Part shown: piece by piece, positions 1 to 8,245 of the stretch
Numbering within the stretch: the first letter of the stretch is position 1
Layout: the number at the start of each line of letters is the position of its first letter
Assembly (NCBI GenBank): GCA_965649225.1
Contig: CBFGJX010000002.1
Coordinates: forward strand, 64,001 to 128,000
Origin: a candidate division WOR-3 bacterium
GTDB lineage: Bacteria; Hydrothermota; Tepidihabitantia; Tepidihabitantales; Tepidihabitantaceae
Direction of reading: 5' to 3'
DNA length: 64,000 nucleotides
The notes under the pieces: model-generated
Told to the model about the DNA's origin: nothing
What the model saw: only the letters and a program-made list of their open reading frames with translations
The model's database searches: none
Translations under genes and position numbers: made by a program

Positions 1-46
1 CCCCCAGAAGCGAGACCGCTGAAAATGTACCGAGAACGACTTTCAC
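1..46 (-). CDS. 5' end of the next gene in the polysaccharide operon (MKVVLGTFSAVSLLG..., possibly a glycosyltransferase); runs off the window
   Basis: GTG 7 nt after the stop of 54..1628; open to the window edge; N-terminus resembles a GT-B first beta strand. Confidence 0.45.
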   Translation of the reverse strand, partial: MKVVLGTFSAVSLLG

Positions 47-53
47 AAGACGA

Positions 54-1628
54 TTATCGGCCGGAACGCCTCTTTTGCAAGCAACGCTGTACGTCTAGAC
101 GTATCTCACGGCCGAGCTGAATCAACGTTGCCCGACGTAGTGCCGGGTCGGACCTCGGTCCAGGAGCAATTTTCGGCTGCGGCTGCCAGTCCAGTTCAGC
201 CAACCGAAAACTGTGAACAACGTTGTCAATCCACGCTTCCCTCCCGTCGAACTCCGCAATCAATCCTGGCAGCGGTTCATTGCCGCTGTTGTCAATCAAC
301 ACTGAATCGGCGGCGACCTCGAACCTGGTGCAGTACACCTCCCGCCTGCGCCACCAGCGGGCGTATTCGACAAATGTCCAAAACCTGCCGGCGGTGGCAC
401 GGGCCAGTTCCAGCAAGCGCCTGAAAACCGATTCCTGACCGGCGCCCTCTGGCGGATGGTCGTAAAGAAGACAGGGCTCGCGCCGGGCCAACCGGTGTTC
501 GATGAGTCGGCGATAGTAGCCAATGAGCGTTGACTCGTCGGCTCTGGACCGGCGCAGGGTACCAGTGCAGACCGGATGAATCGGCAGCTGCAGTGGTTGC
601 TGCAAAGTTCCTACGACGGGATGAAACGGCAAACCGTCGTAGCTGCAGGCGAACTCTGACGAGTACTCAAACTTGGCATCCGCGACCGCTGTTTGCAGTT
701 TCGCTGACCACTCGCCGAATGGGGCAGCATATCCCGGTGGACGGGCGCCGAGGCGGCTCAAATGGGCAACGCCAGCGTTGAGGTCACCTCGTATTGCCTC
801 AGCGCCACGCGGAAGCCGGTGGCGGTGACAATGAAGCGAGACTTCGTGGCCGGCCCGCGTGAGCCGCTGCAGTGTCGCGCTGTCCAGCGGTGCAGCCGCA
901 GTGTGAACAAAAAAGCTCAGTTTGACGCCCAGTGCGTCAGCAATTTCTGTTGCCGTCAGAATTGAATCGAGGCCGGCCACGTCGGTGTCGATTCGCATTC
1001 CAAACAACGCCCGTGTGCCGGCCGGGAACGGCGACAGCCTTACATAAGGAAGGCCGAGTCTTGCCAGTACCACCCGCAGGCAGTTGGCAAGCAGCCGCTT
1101 GAGCTCAGCCTTGGCAACCGCTGACACCCGTTCGAATGCCGGACGTCCGCCGGAAACACTGAAGCGACGATTGGCGCTCCGGGTATCACCGAGCAAAGTT
1201 GAAGGTTCGAAGCACAGTACGACGATTGGAGCAGAACCAATCGAACCACTGTAAACTGCGCGGGCACCGGCGTTCGTCAGCCCGTGATTGGCGCTGCGCG
1301 GCAGTTCGAGAACGCAATCGGTATCGATTATCCCGGTTCCCGTGAAAAGGGCTGAATCGTCAGGACAGATGTAGCGGACACGAACACGGACGGTCTGATT
1401 CGAACCAAGCAGCAGAGAGGCACAGCGCGAGCCCGCCAGCACACCCCCGCCGGCCTTGATGTGAGCGTCAAGCAGCCGCAGCTCGTCGTCATTCGGCGGC
1501 CGGTCAAGAATCAGCACGCCTTTGCTGGGCCAGGTGGGCATGTTGCCGACCAGCCGATAGGGCAGTCCCTCGCTCTGTAGAAAAGAAAGCCAGTGTGCTT
1601 CTCCCGAAAGCAGCCAAATCACCTGCAA
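54..1628 (-). CDS. Polysaccharide deacetylase (NodB/CE4-like) domain protein
   Basis: RIDTD, HEVSLHCHRH, GYAAPFG, YSSEF and LLYDHP motifs; downstream of the flippase. Confidence 0.75.
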   Translation of the reverse strand: MQVIWLLSGEAHWLSFLQSEGLPYRLVGNMPTWPSKGVLILDRPPNDDELRLLDAHIKAGGGVLAGSRCASLLLGSNQTVRVRVRYICPDDSALFTGTGIIDTDCVLELPRSANHGLTNAGARAVYSGSIGSAPIVVLCFEPSTLLGDTRSANRRFSVSGGRPAFERVSAVAKAELKRLLANCLRVVLARLGLPYVRLSPFPAGTRALFGMRIDTDVAGLDSILTATEIADALGVKLSFFVHTAAAPLDSATLQRLTRAGHEVSLHCHRHRLPRGAEAIRGDLNAGVAHLSRLGARPPGYAAPFGEWSAKLQTAVADAKFEYSSEFACSYDGLPFHPVVGTLQQPLQLPIHPVCTGTLRRSRADESTLIGYYRRLIEHRLARREPCLLYDHPPEGAGQESVFRRLLELARATAGRFWTFVEYARWWRRREVYCTRFEVAADSVLIDNSGNEPLPGLIAEFDGREAWIDNVVHSFRLAELDWQPQPKIAPGPRSDPALRRATLIQLGREIRLDVQRCLQKRRSGR

Positions 1629-3022
1629 TCACCCATGTTGCGAACAAGGAGGTCCTGACGCCTCACCCCTCCGGTTAGGACAAGGACGGTGACGTAAACC
1701 AGCAGTCCAACTGATACCTGCAGAAAGCGCTGGTGCCTGAACAGCAGGACGACGGCTACCATCAGCAAGGCCGCAACGAACGGGGCCGCCAGCCGGCGCT
1801 CAAATCGCACGGCGAAAGCACGCCAGCAGGACCTAATCATCAGGGCAACCATCAGCGCTTCGCCGGCAAGCAGCGCCAGCGCGGCCCCGACTACGCCGAA
1901 CACTGCTGCCAGCACGACGGCTGCTGTGACTGATGCGGCTGCGCCAATTACGACGTTCTGAAGAAAGACACGCTCGCGTCCGTCGGCCATCAAGGCATAG
2001 CCGTAGACACTGTTGACGACCGTTAGCGGCAGGAAAGCGCTGAGCAAGGCCAGACTCTGCGCTGAGGCGAGGTAGCGTGCTCCAAGTATCTGAGTCACGA
2101 CCCAGGGAGCCAGCGCAGTCAAAAGGACAGAAAACGGCAGTGTTACTGCAAGCGCCAGACGCGTTGCCAGGCTGATGATACTGACGACACGTTCACGGCT
2201 GGCCGAAACGGCTCGGGCAATTACCGGAAAGTATACCGAATAGAAGACGCGGTCGATCGCCAGCAAGACCAATGCAATCCGGGCAGCGCCGGAGTAGACG
2301 CCAGTCTCGTAGTCACCGCGCAGCAGTCCAAGCGCAACTGGACCGCAGTTCATATGCAATTGGGCAGCGAATCCCGCCAGACCGATCGGCCAACTGGCGG
2401 TTAATATCGGGCGCCAACCCCTCAGTGTCGGGTGCAGCGGCTTGGCCTGACGAAAGGTTGCGCTCAGCCACAGAATCAGGCTGCCGGCGAGCATTGCCAG
2501 GACCAGGGCGACAGGGACAACGAGAACATCTGCCGGGCCCCGGACAAATAACCAGCAACCCGCGAGGTAGCCGACAGCAGTGACTGTCCGGGCCAGTGCT
2601 ACGATCAGAGTCTGCTCGAGTCCCAAAAAGAACCATTCAAGGCTGAGTGTCTGAACAACCACAGCCAGTGCGTAGACCGCTACCAGCAGCCTGGCCGTCG
2701 GTGTTTTCGGCAGCAGCAACGCGGCAACAAGCGTGAGCAGCGCGGCGACCGCCCCGGCTGCCAGACGGGTACCGAAAACCGACCCGGCCGGTACGACTGG
2801 GTCAGAGCGATGCTGAGCCGTCAACCGCGTACCGGTAGTCACAAGGCCGAAATCACTCAACGCAACGCCGTAGGCCATGACTGCGGTTGCAAACCCCAGC
2901 TGACCAAATGTGTCGATTCCGAGCCGACGCGCCAGCAGGACCGTCGCGAAGAAATTCAGCAGCCGTGTGGCGGCCTCGCCTCCAATCAGGTTCAGCGCAT
3001 TGCGCAGTTGGGGTCTCAGCAC
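1619..3022 (-). CDS. wzx: Wzx-type polysaccharide flippase
   Basis: About 12-14 TM segments; LARRLGIDTFG, DFGL and ETGVYSGA motifs. Confidence 0.85.
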   Translation of the reverse strand: MLRPQLRNALNLIGGEAATRLLNFFATVLLARRLGIDTFGQLGFATAVMAYGVALSDFGLVTTGTRLTAQHRSDPVVPAGSVFGTRLAAGAVAALLTLVAALLLPKTPTARLLVAVYALAVVVQTLSLEWFFLGLEQTLIVALARTVTAVGYLAGCWLFVRGPADVLVVPVALVLAMLAGSLILWLSATFRQAKPLHPTLRGWRPILTASWPIGLAGFAAQLHMNCGPVALGLLRGDYETGVYSGAARIALVLLAIDRVFYSVYFPVIARAVSASRERVVSIISLATRLALAVTLPFSVLLTALAPWVVTQILGARYLASAQSLALLSAFLPLTVVNSVYGYALMADGRERVFLQNVVIGAAASVTAAVVLAAVFGVVGAALALLAGEALMVALMIRSCWRAFAVRFERRLAAPFVAALLMVAVVLLFRHQRFLQVSVGLLVYVTVLVLTGGVRRQDLLVRNMGDCR

Positions 3023-4146
3023 GATAGCCGTGAGTAAATTGCCAGGAGGCGGCCTTCAGCCACAGACCAATTGTATTTCTGGCGAACCGCTGCCTGCCCG
3101 CGGCGCCCCATCTCTGTGGCAACCTGCCGGTTCTTCAACAGTTCCCTGATCGCATCGGCAACGGCAGCAGGGTCCTGTTCGCCAACTACCAGACCGCACT
3201 TCTCCTCCTGCACGATTGGTGCGATTTCGGGCAGGTCACTGGCAATGACCGCCAGTCCGCTGGCCATGAACTCAAACAGCTTGTTCGGTTGCCCAGTGCG
3301 GTCGTTTTCGCGGACCGGACTCAAAAGCACGAAACCGGCGATGCAGTTGCTCAACTCTTGAAACATTGCGCGGTAATCGCACGTGCCGAGAAAAACAACC
3401 GACTCGACAAGCCCGAGAGTTACAAGCAGGTGGTTGACTTCGGCTGCAATGTTATCAACTGGGTCGTAGGCGCCGATGACTTTGAGGCGAAACTCCGAAA
3501 ACTCCCGCCTTACGATTGCCGCGGCTTCGAGAATCTTGAGGAACCCACGGTGTCGCGTTATCGGTCCGGTGTAGACAAAACTTGACCTGATTGCGACGGG
3601 TTCTGCAACCGGCAGGTCCAGCGGGGGGAAATTCCCGACAATTTCAACTGGCCGGCGACACACGCGGAACCGACGGGCGCGGGTGTGGTTGGTTTCAATT
3701 ATCGCATCGGCAACCCGGCCGGCCAGGTGCTCGAGTGCCGTCACGAGTCCGGCAGTTATCCACGCCACAAAGCGGTTCAGGTCCTGGCGGTCACGGTAGT
3801 AAACCGGAAAATTTTCCACTGACTCGTAAATCAATCTGGTGCAGCCCCCGCTGAACCTGAGTAACAACCCCGCGATCAGTGCCCACGGATCGCAACAATG
3901 GCAGACATCGAACGACCCCCGTCTGACAATGCCGACAATCTCACCGATGGCTGCGAATTTACCCAGAAAGCGCCGCTGTCGGCGGAGTTGTTGCAGCCGC
4001 ACTCCGGGCGGAGCCTGAACCATCGCTCCGGCAGGCAATCCCAGCAGTAGGACCTCGTGACCTGCCCGGGCAAGCGAAGCTGCCTCACGATGGAGGAAAC
4101 GGCTGTAATCGACGGATTGTGAGGTAGTTGCGAGGCAGATTTTCAT
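3016..4146 (-). CDS. Glycosyltransferase family 4
   Basis: PNKLFEFMASGLAVIASD, MGRRG and YNW motifs. Confidence 0.9.
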   Translation of the reverse strand: MKICLATTSQSVDYSRFLHREAASLARAGHEVLLLGLPAGAMVQAPPGVRLQQLRRQRRFLGKFAAIGEIVGIVRRGSFDVCHCCDPWALIAGLLLRFSGGCTRLIYESVENFPVYYRDRQDLNRFVAWITAGLVTALEHLAGRVADAIIETNHTRARRFRVCRRPVEIVGNFPPLDLPVAEPVAIRSSFVYTGPITRHRGFLKILEAAAIVRREFSEFRLKVIGAYDPVDNIAAEVNHLLVTLGLVESVVFLGTCDYRAMFQELSNCIAGFVLLSPVRENDRTGQPNKLFEFMASGLAVIASDLPEIAPIVQEEKCGLVVGEQDPAAVADAIRELLKNRQVATEMGRRGQAAVRQKYNWSVAEGRLLAIYSRLSC

Positions 4147-5129
4147 CAGGGCTGTTGAGATTCGCCATCGGCTGGCTTGGAGTCAACAGCACTATCTGAT
4201 GTCTTCTCCGACTCTGCTTCGCCGGTTCTCGGTTTCAGTTCCCCGACAGCCCGCAGGCACTCTCGAGCGGTATTGTAGTGAATCTCGGCTGTGTCCTTCG
4301 TATCCAACGCGTAACCGCCAGCCGTAACGACTGCAACCGGTATTCCACGCCGATGGCAGCCTTCGAGTACGATTCGGTCCCTGAGTGCCAAGCCTCGTTT
4401 TGTCAGCCGCAACGAGCCCAACTGGTCATATTTGAACGGGTCAGCCCCCGCCACATAGACGACCAGCTCGGGCTTGTGGCGTTCGAGTATAGTCGGAACC
4501 GCCTTCTGCATATGTTCGATATAGACGTCGTCGCCGGTTTCGTCATCAAGGCCAATGTCCCAGTCCGACTGCTCTTTCATCGGGTACAGATGCTCCTGGT
4601 GTATTGAGAAAGTGAACACATCGGGGTCGCCGGCAAATATGCGGGCAGTTCCGTTACCCTGGTGAAGGTCGCAATCAATGACCGCCGCCCGAACGATGCG
4701 GCCGTCCTTTTGCATTCGCCGGATACCGACGGCGATGTCATTAATGTAACAAAAACCCTCGCCGTGATCAGCGAAAGCATGGTGAAAGCCGCCGCCAATG
4801 TGCATGCAAACGCCGTCTTCGAGCGCTCTGCCGCACGCGAGCACCGTACCGGATGCAAAAAGCATGAAGCCGCTGATTATCTCCCACGTCAACGGCAGCT
4901 CAGACCGAACGGTGCGCTGGCTCCAGCGGAGATTGAGCATGTCATCAACGTACTCTTTGGTATGAACGAGACGGATATCGTCCAGCTGCGGCTCAGGCGG
5001 CTCGAGCAGCTGTTCCTCGGTCACCTGTCCTTCGGCAATCAGACGGTCCACGATCATCCCGTATTTCTCGGTCGGGAACACGTGGGCACCGATATTCAGG
5101 CGGTAACGTTTCGAATAGACAAACTTCAT
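4146..5129 (-). CDS. Histone deacetylase family (AcuC/AphA-like) Zn-dependent deacetylase
   Basis: GGFHHA, GFCYINDIA, DCDLHQGNGT, GADP and GGY motifs; ATG at 5129 preceded by AGGAAAGG. Confidence 0.92.
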   Translation of the reverse strand: MKFVYSKRYRLNIGAHVFPTEKYGMIVDRLIAEGQVTEEQLLEPPEPQLDDIRLVHTKEYVDDMLNLRWSQRTVRSELPLTWEIISGFMLFASGTVLACGRALEDGVCMHIGGGFHHAFADHGEGFCYINDIAVGIRRMQKDGRIVRAAVIDCDLHQGNGTARIFAGDPDVFTFSIHQEHLYPMKEQSDWDIGLDDETGDDVYIEHMQKAVPTILERHKPELVVYVAGADPFKYDQLGSLRLTKRGLALRDRIVLEGCHRRGIPVAVVTAGGYALDTKDTAEIHYNTARECLRAVGELKPRTGEAESEKTSDSAVDSKPADGESQQP

Positions 5130-5194
5130 TTGGCACACCTTTCCTGAACAGGCAAACGTAAGAACAAACCTGTCCCAGCTGAACAGGTCGCCCG

Positions 5195-5222
5195 ATTATA
5201 GGTAGCAACTGGAGGGTGTCAA
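5195..5222 (-). promoter_or_regulatory. Sigma70-type promoter of the HDAC/polysaccharide operon
   Basis: TTGACA-16 nt-TATAAT, perfect hexamers. Confidence 0.8.
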
Positions 5223-5251
5223 ACGACTAAGACTGGACATCGCCAGTCGGA

Positions 5252-5279
5252 TTGACGCCCGGACGGAACGTCATATACT
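5252..5279 (+). promoter_or_regulatory. Sigma70-type promoter of nnr (near-leaderless)
   Basis: TTGACG-16-TATACT, then 8 nt to TTG at 5288. Confidence 0.65.
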
Positions 5280-5287
5280 CCAGACAG

Positions 5288-6847
5288 TTGAAACCCCTTC
5301 CTGACTCCGACGAAATGCGGGCGATTGACCGCCAGGCGCCTGCTCTCGGGATCCCCGGCGCCCAGCTGATGGAAAACGCCGGCAGTGCCGTTGCCCGGGT
5401 TGTGCTTGCCGAAAACTTGGTTCATCGAGCTGGTAAAGTACTTGTATGCTGTGGGAAGGGCAATAACGGTGGCGACGGTTTCGTAGCTGCCCGCAAACTC
5501 AAAGCGGAGGGTGTTTCGGTCGTTTGCCTGCTCGCCGGCAAGGTCAAAGACATGAAAGGCGACGCCGCCGCAGCGGCTGCGGCCTGGCAGGCAGCCGGCG
5601 GCAAGACGATCGAGCTTGACGACGATAAAGGAGCCGAGCGATTGCTGAGCGACAGCGCACTGATAGTCGATGCCTTGCTTGGCACCGGTATCTCCGGACC
5701 ACCGGCTGGAGCTACCGGTCTGTTGATACGGGCGATCATGGCCTCCGGTCGTCCGGTAGTCAGTGTTGATGTGCCGTCCGGCATTGACGCAACCACCGGC
5801 CAGGTCTATCAACCGGCGATTGAGGCAAAGCTGACAGTAACCATGGGTGCGGAGAAGGCCGGACTGCGTCTTTACCCGGCGCGAAACCATGTCGGCCGGG
5901 TTGTTGTCGCCGACATCGGGTTTCCGACCGAGTTGATAGAAAGAAACACCACTAGTTTTCTCGTTGAGGTTACCGATGTCAGTAACTGGTTACCAAGACG
6001 TAGAGCTGACAGCCACAAAGGAAGTTACGGCACAGTTCTGGTTGTTGCCGGTTCTCGGGGACTGACTGGTGCTGCCATACTTTGTACGGCTGCTGCAGTT
6101 CGTTCCGGCGCGGGCCTGGTCCGGCTGGCTGCGCCTTCCTCACTAATGCCCGTACTCGAGGCCGCCCAGCTTGAGTCGGTGAAGCATTCCTTGCCCGACG
6201 ATGGTCGCGGTATTCTGACACCGGCGGCTGTTGAGCCGGTTATTGCCTTGACCGCAACCGTTCAATGTCTTGCCGTAGGGCCTGGTATCGGCACCGCTGA
6301 GGAAACGGTCGAATTCGTGTCCACGCTGCTGGCCAAAGCTCCTGTTCCGGTAGTAATCGACGCTGATGCCATCAATTGTCTTGCGCTGCGCGGCGGCCAA
6401 ATCGCTGCCCGACCCGAGCGGCTGGTGTTGACCCCACATCCCGGTGAGTTCGCCCGTCTGACGGGAACTACTGCCAGGAGCGTGAACGCCGACCGGGTTC
6501 GAAATGCCCGCAGCTATGCGCGGGCGCACAATTGCGTATTGCTGCTGAAGGGCGCGCCAACAGTCACCGCCTGTCCCGATGGTGTTGTCTTTGTCAATTC
6601 AACCGGCAACAGCGGCCTCGCCAGTGGTGGAACCGGCGACGTTCTGACCGGCCTGCTCGCCGGGCTGATTGCTCAGGGAGCAGAGCCAGCCCGGGCAGCG
6701 GCGATGGCCGCGTTCCTGCACGGTCGTGCTGCTGATCTCTCTGTCAGGCGCGAAAGCGAGTACTCGCTCTGCGCTTCTGATGTGCTCAGGTCGCTGGGCG
6801 CGGCCTTTATGTCCGTGGTTGGACCCAAACCACCCGTCGGCGAATGA
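5288..6847 (+). CDS. nnr: Bifunctional NAD(P)H-hydrate epimerase/dehydratase (NnrE-NnrD, YjeF)
   Basis: MENAG, GKGNNGGDG, DALLGTG, SHKGSYG, TPHPGEF and GGTGDVL; start moved to TTG 5288 (MKPLPDSDEMRAID). Confidence 0.93.
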   Translation: MKPLPDSDEMRAIDRQAPALGIPGAQLMENAGSAVARVVLAENLVHRAGKVLVCCGKGNNGGDGFVAARKLKAEGVSVVCLLAGKVKDMKGDAAAAAAAWQAAGGKTIELDDDKGAERLLSDSALIVDALLGTGISGPPAGATGLLIRAIMASGRPVVSVDVPSGIDATTGQVYQPAIEAKLTVTMGAEKAGLRLYPARNHVGRVVVADIGFPTELIERNTTSFLVEVTDVSNWLPRRRADSHKGSYGTVLVVAGSRGLTGAAILCTAAAVRSGAGLVRLAAPSSLMPVLEAAQLESVKHSLPDDGRGILTPAAVEPVIALTATVQCLAVGPGIGTAEETVEFVSTLLAKAPVPVVIDADAINCLALRGGQIAARPERLVLTPHPGEFARLTGTTARSVNADRVRNARSYARAHNCVLLLKGAPTVTACPDGVVFVNSTGNSGLASGGTGDVLTGLLAGLIAQGAEPARAAAMAAFLHGRAADLSVRRESEYSLCASDVLRSLGAAFMSVVGPKPPVGE

Positions 6848-8244
6848 CACTTTCTCTGCTGTCGATAATCGTCACACTCTACCGCCCGGAACTCTGGCAG
6901 TACTACCCGTCAATGAAGGAAATCCGGTCGATTGCTGTGTCCAGCAACGAAGTGTATGTCGCTGTCCCGGACGGAGTCTATGTTCTCGACAGCCGGTCGC
7001 TGCGTTATGCCCGCTGCCTCACCGCCGCAGATGGGCTGGGCGAGGAAGTACGTTTTTGTGCTTGGAGCCCGGTGCGGTCCGAGCTGCTGACGGTTACTTC
7101 TTCAAATCTCTATAGCTATCTGCCCCAGACCGGTCTCCTACGACAGCTAAGGTCACCGCCGGGATTGATTACCGCCATCGGCACCTCCCGTTCTGGAGTC
7201 TGGTTGGTTACCGAACGCGGGACATATCTCAAGCACGCCACCCTGGACGAATACACTCAGGTTGATTCTGCTCCAGCCGGCCTCGAGTGGCAGGGAGCGA
7301 TGGACCGCAACAGCGCCAGAGACTATAACTTTCTCAGTCCTTACTTTTTCACCGATGAACAGCTTATCCATCGGTCATTCGGTCCGGTTCGCAAGGACCA
7401 GCGCCGCGGCTGGCTTTATGTAGCAATAAACGGCTATGGTCTGGGCCGATACGACCTGCGCTCCGGCCTGCTGGAAACGACGGTCAGACTGGGGCCGGTC
7501 GGACCGGTCACACGGATATTGCGGGTAGACAATTCGCTCTGGCTTATCGGTCCGGGTCGGGTTACCGTCGTCGACTCAAGCGATCAGTGGCTCACGTTGC
7601 TGCTCGCCCGTGGTCTGCCAATGCCATTGCGCTCCGGGAAGGCAATACTGGAGTTGGCAGGTTCGCTCAGCGGCATCAATGATTTCGTCAGTGACTCTGG
7701 ACGGGTCATCTTTGCTACTCAACGTGGGCTTCATTCTGTTGCCAGCGGAAGTTTGCCTTCCACTTCACTTGAGACAGGACGCCCGGTGCTGAGCCTCCTC
7801 CGAACTGGCGACAGCCTGTTCGTCGGTACCGACCAAGGGCTCTATCTCCTGCAAGGCGACTCGCTGTCGCAAATTAGTGACCCCACCGGCCGGGCAGACT
7901 GGGGAGTTTACAGTATGCTCCGCAGCGCCGACGGGACAACCTGGTTTGCGACTCTGGGCGGCCTTGTCCGCCGTCTGAACAACGGTGCTTGGGAACGGCT
8001 TGCTCCTCCCGGCATCAACCCTTCCGCCCCGGTAACCACGGCGGCGGCAGCGGATACGCGGCTCTTTTTTGGCTACGACGGTGGCATCGGAGTTTACAAC
8101 ACCGACGTCGGCAACTGGGACTGGTGGGACAAAACCGATGGCGTGCCTTCCGGACCGATATCGGCGCTGTTCGCCGAGAACGGGAAATTGTGGATTGCCA
8201 CCCTCGGCATCGTCGCTGTTTACCGCTACGAGAGCCTCCGCTGA
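6844..8244 (+). CDS. Exported beta-propeller protein (two-component-regulator-propeller-like repeats)
   Basis: Repeated W/F-x-A/G-T-x-x-G-L motifs; N-terminal hydrophobic segment; ATGA overlap with nnr. Confidence 0.6.
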   Translation: MTLSLLSIIVTLYRPELWQYYPSMKEIRSIAVSSNEVYVAVPDGVYVLDSRSLRYARCLTAADGLGEEVRFCAWSPVRSELLTVTSSNLYSYLPQTGLLRQLRSPPGLITAIGTSRSGVWLVTERGTYLKHATLDEYTQVDSAPAGLEWQGAMDRNSARDYNFLSPYFFTDEQLIHRSFGPVRKDQRRGWLYVAINGYGLGRYDLRSGLLETTVRLGPVGPVTRILRVDNSLWLIGPGRVTVVDSSDQWLTLLLARGLPMPLRSGKAILELAGSLSGINDFVSDSGRVIFATQRGLHSVASGSLPSTSLETGRPVLSLLRTGDSLFVGTDQGLYLLQGDSLSQISDPTGRADWGVYSMLRSADGTTWFATLGGLVRRLNNGAWERLAPPGINPSAPVTTAAAADTRLFFGYDGGIGVYNTDVGNWDWWDKTDGVPSGPISALFAENGKLWIATLGIVAVYRYESLR

Positions 8245-8245
8245 C

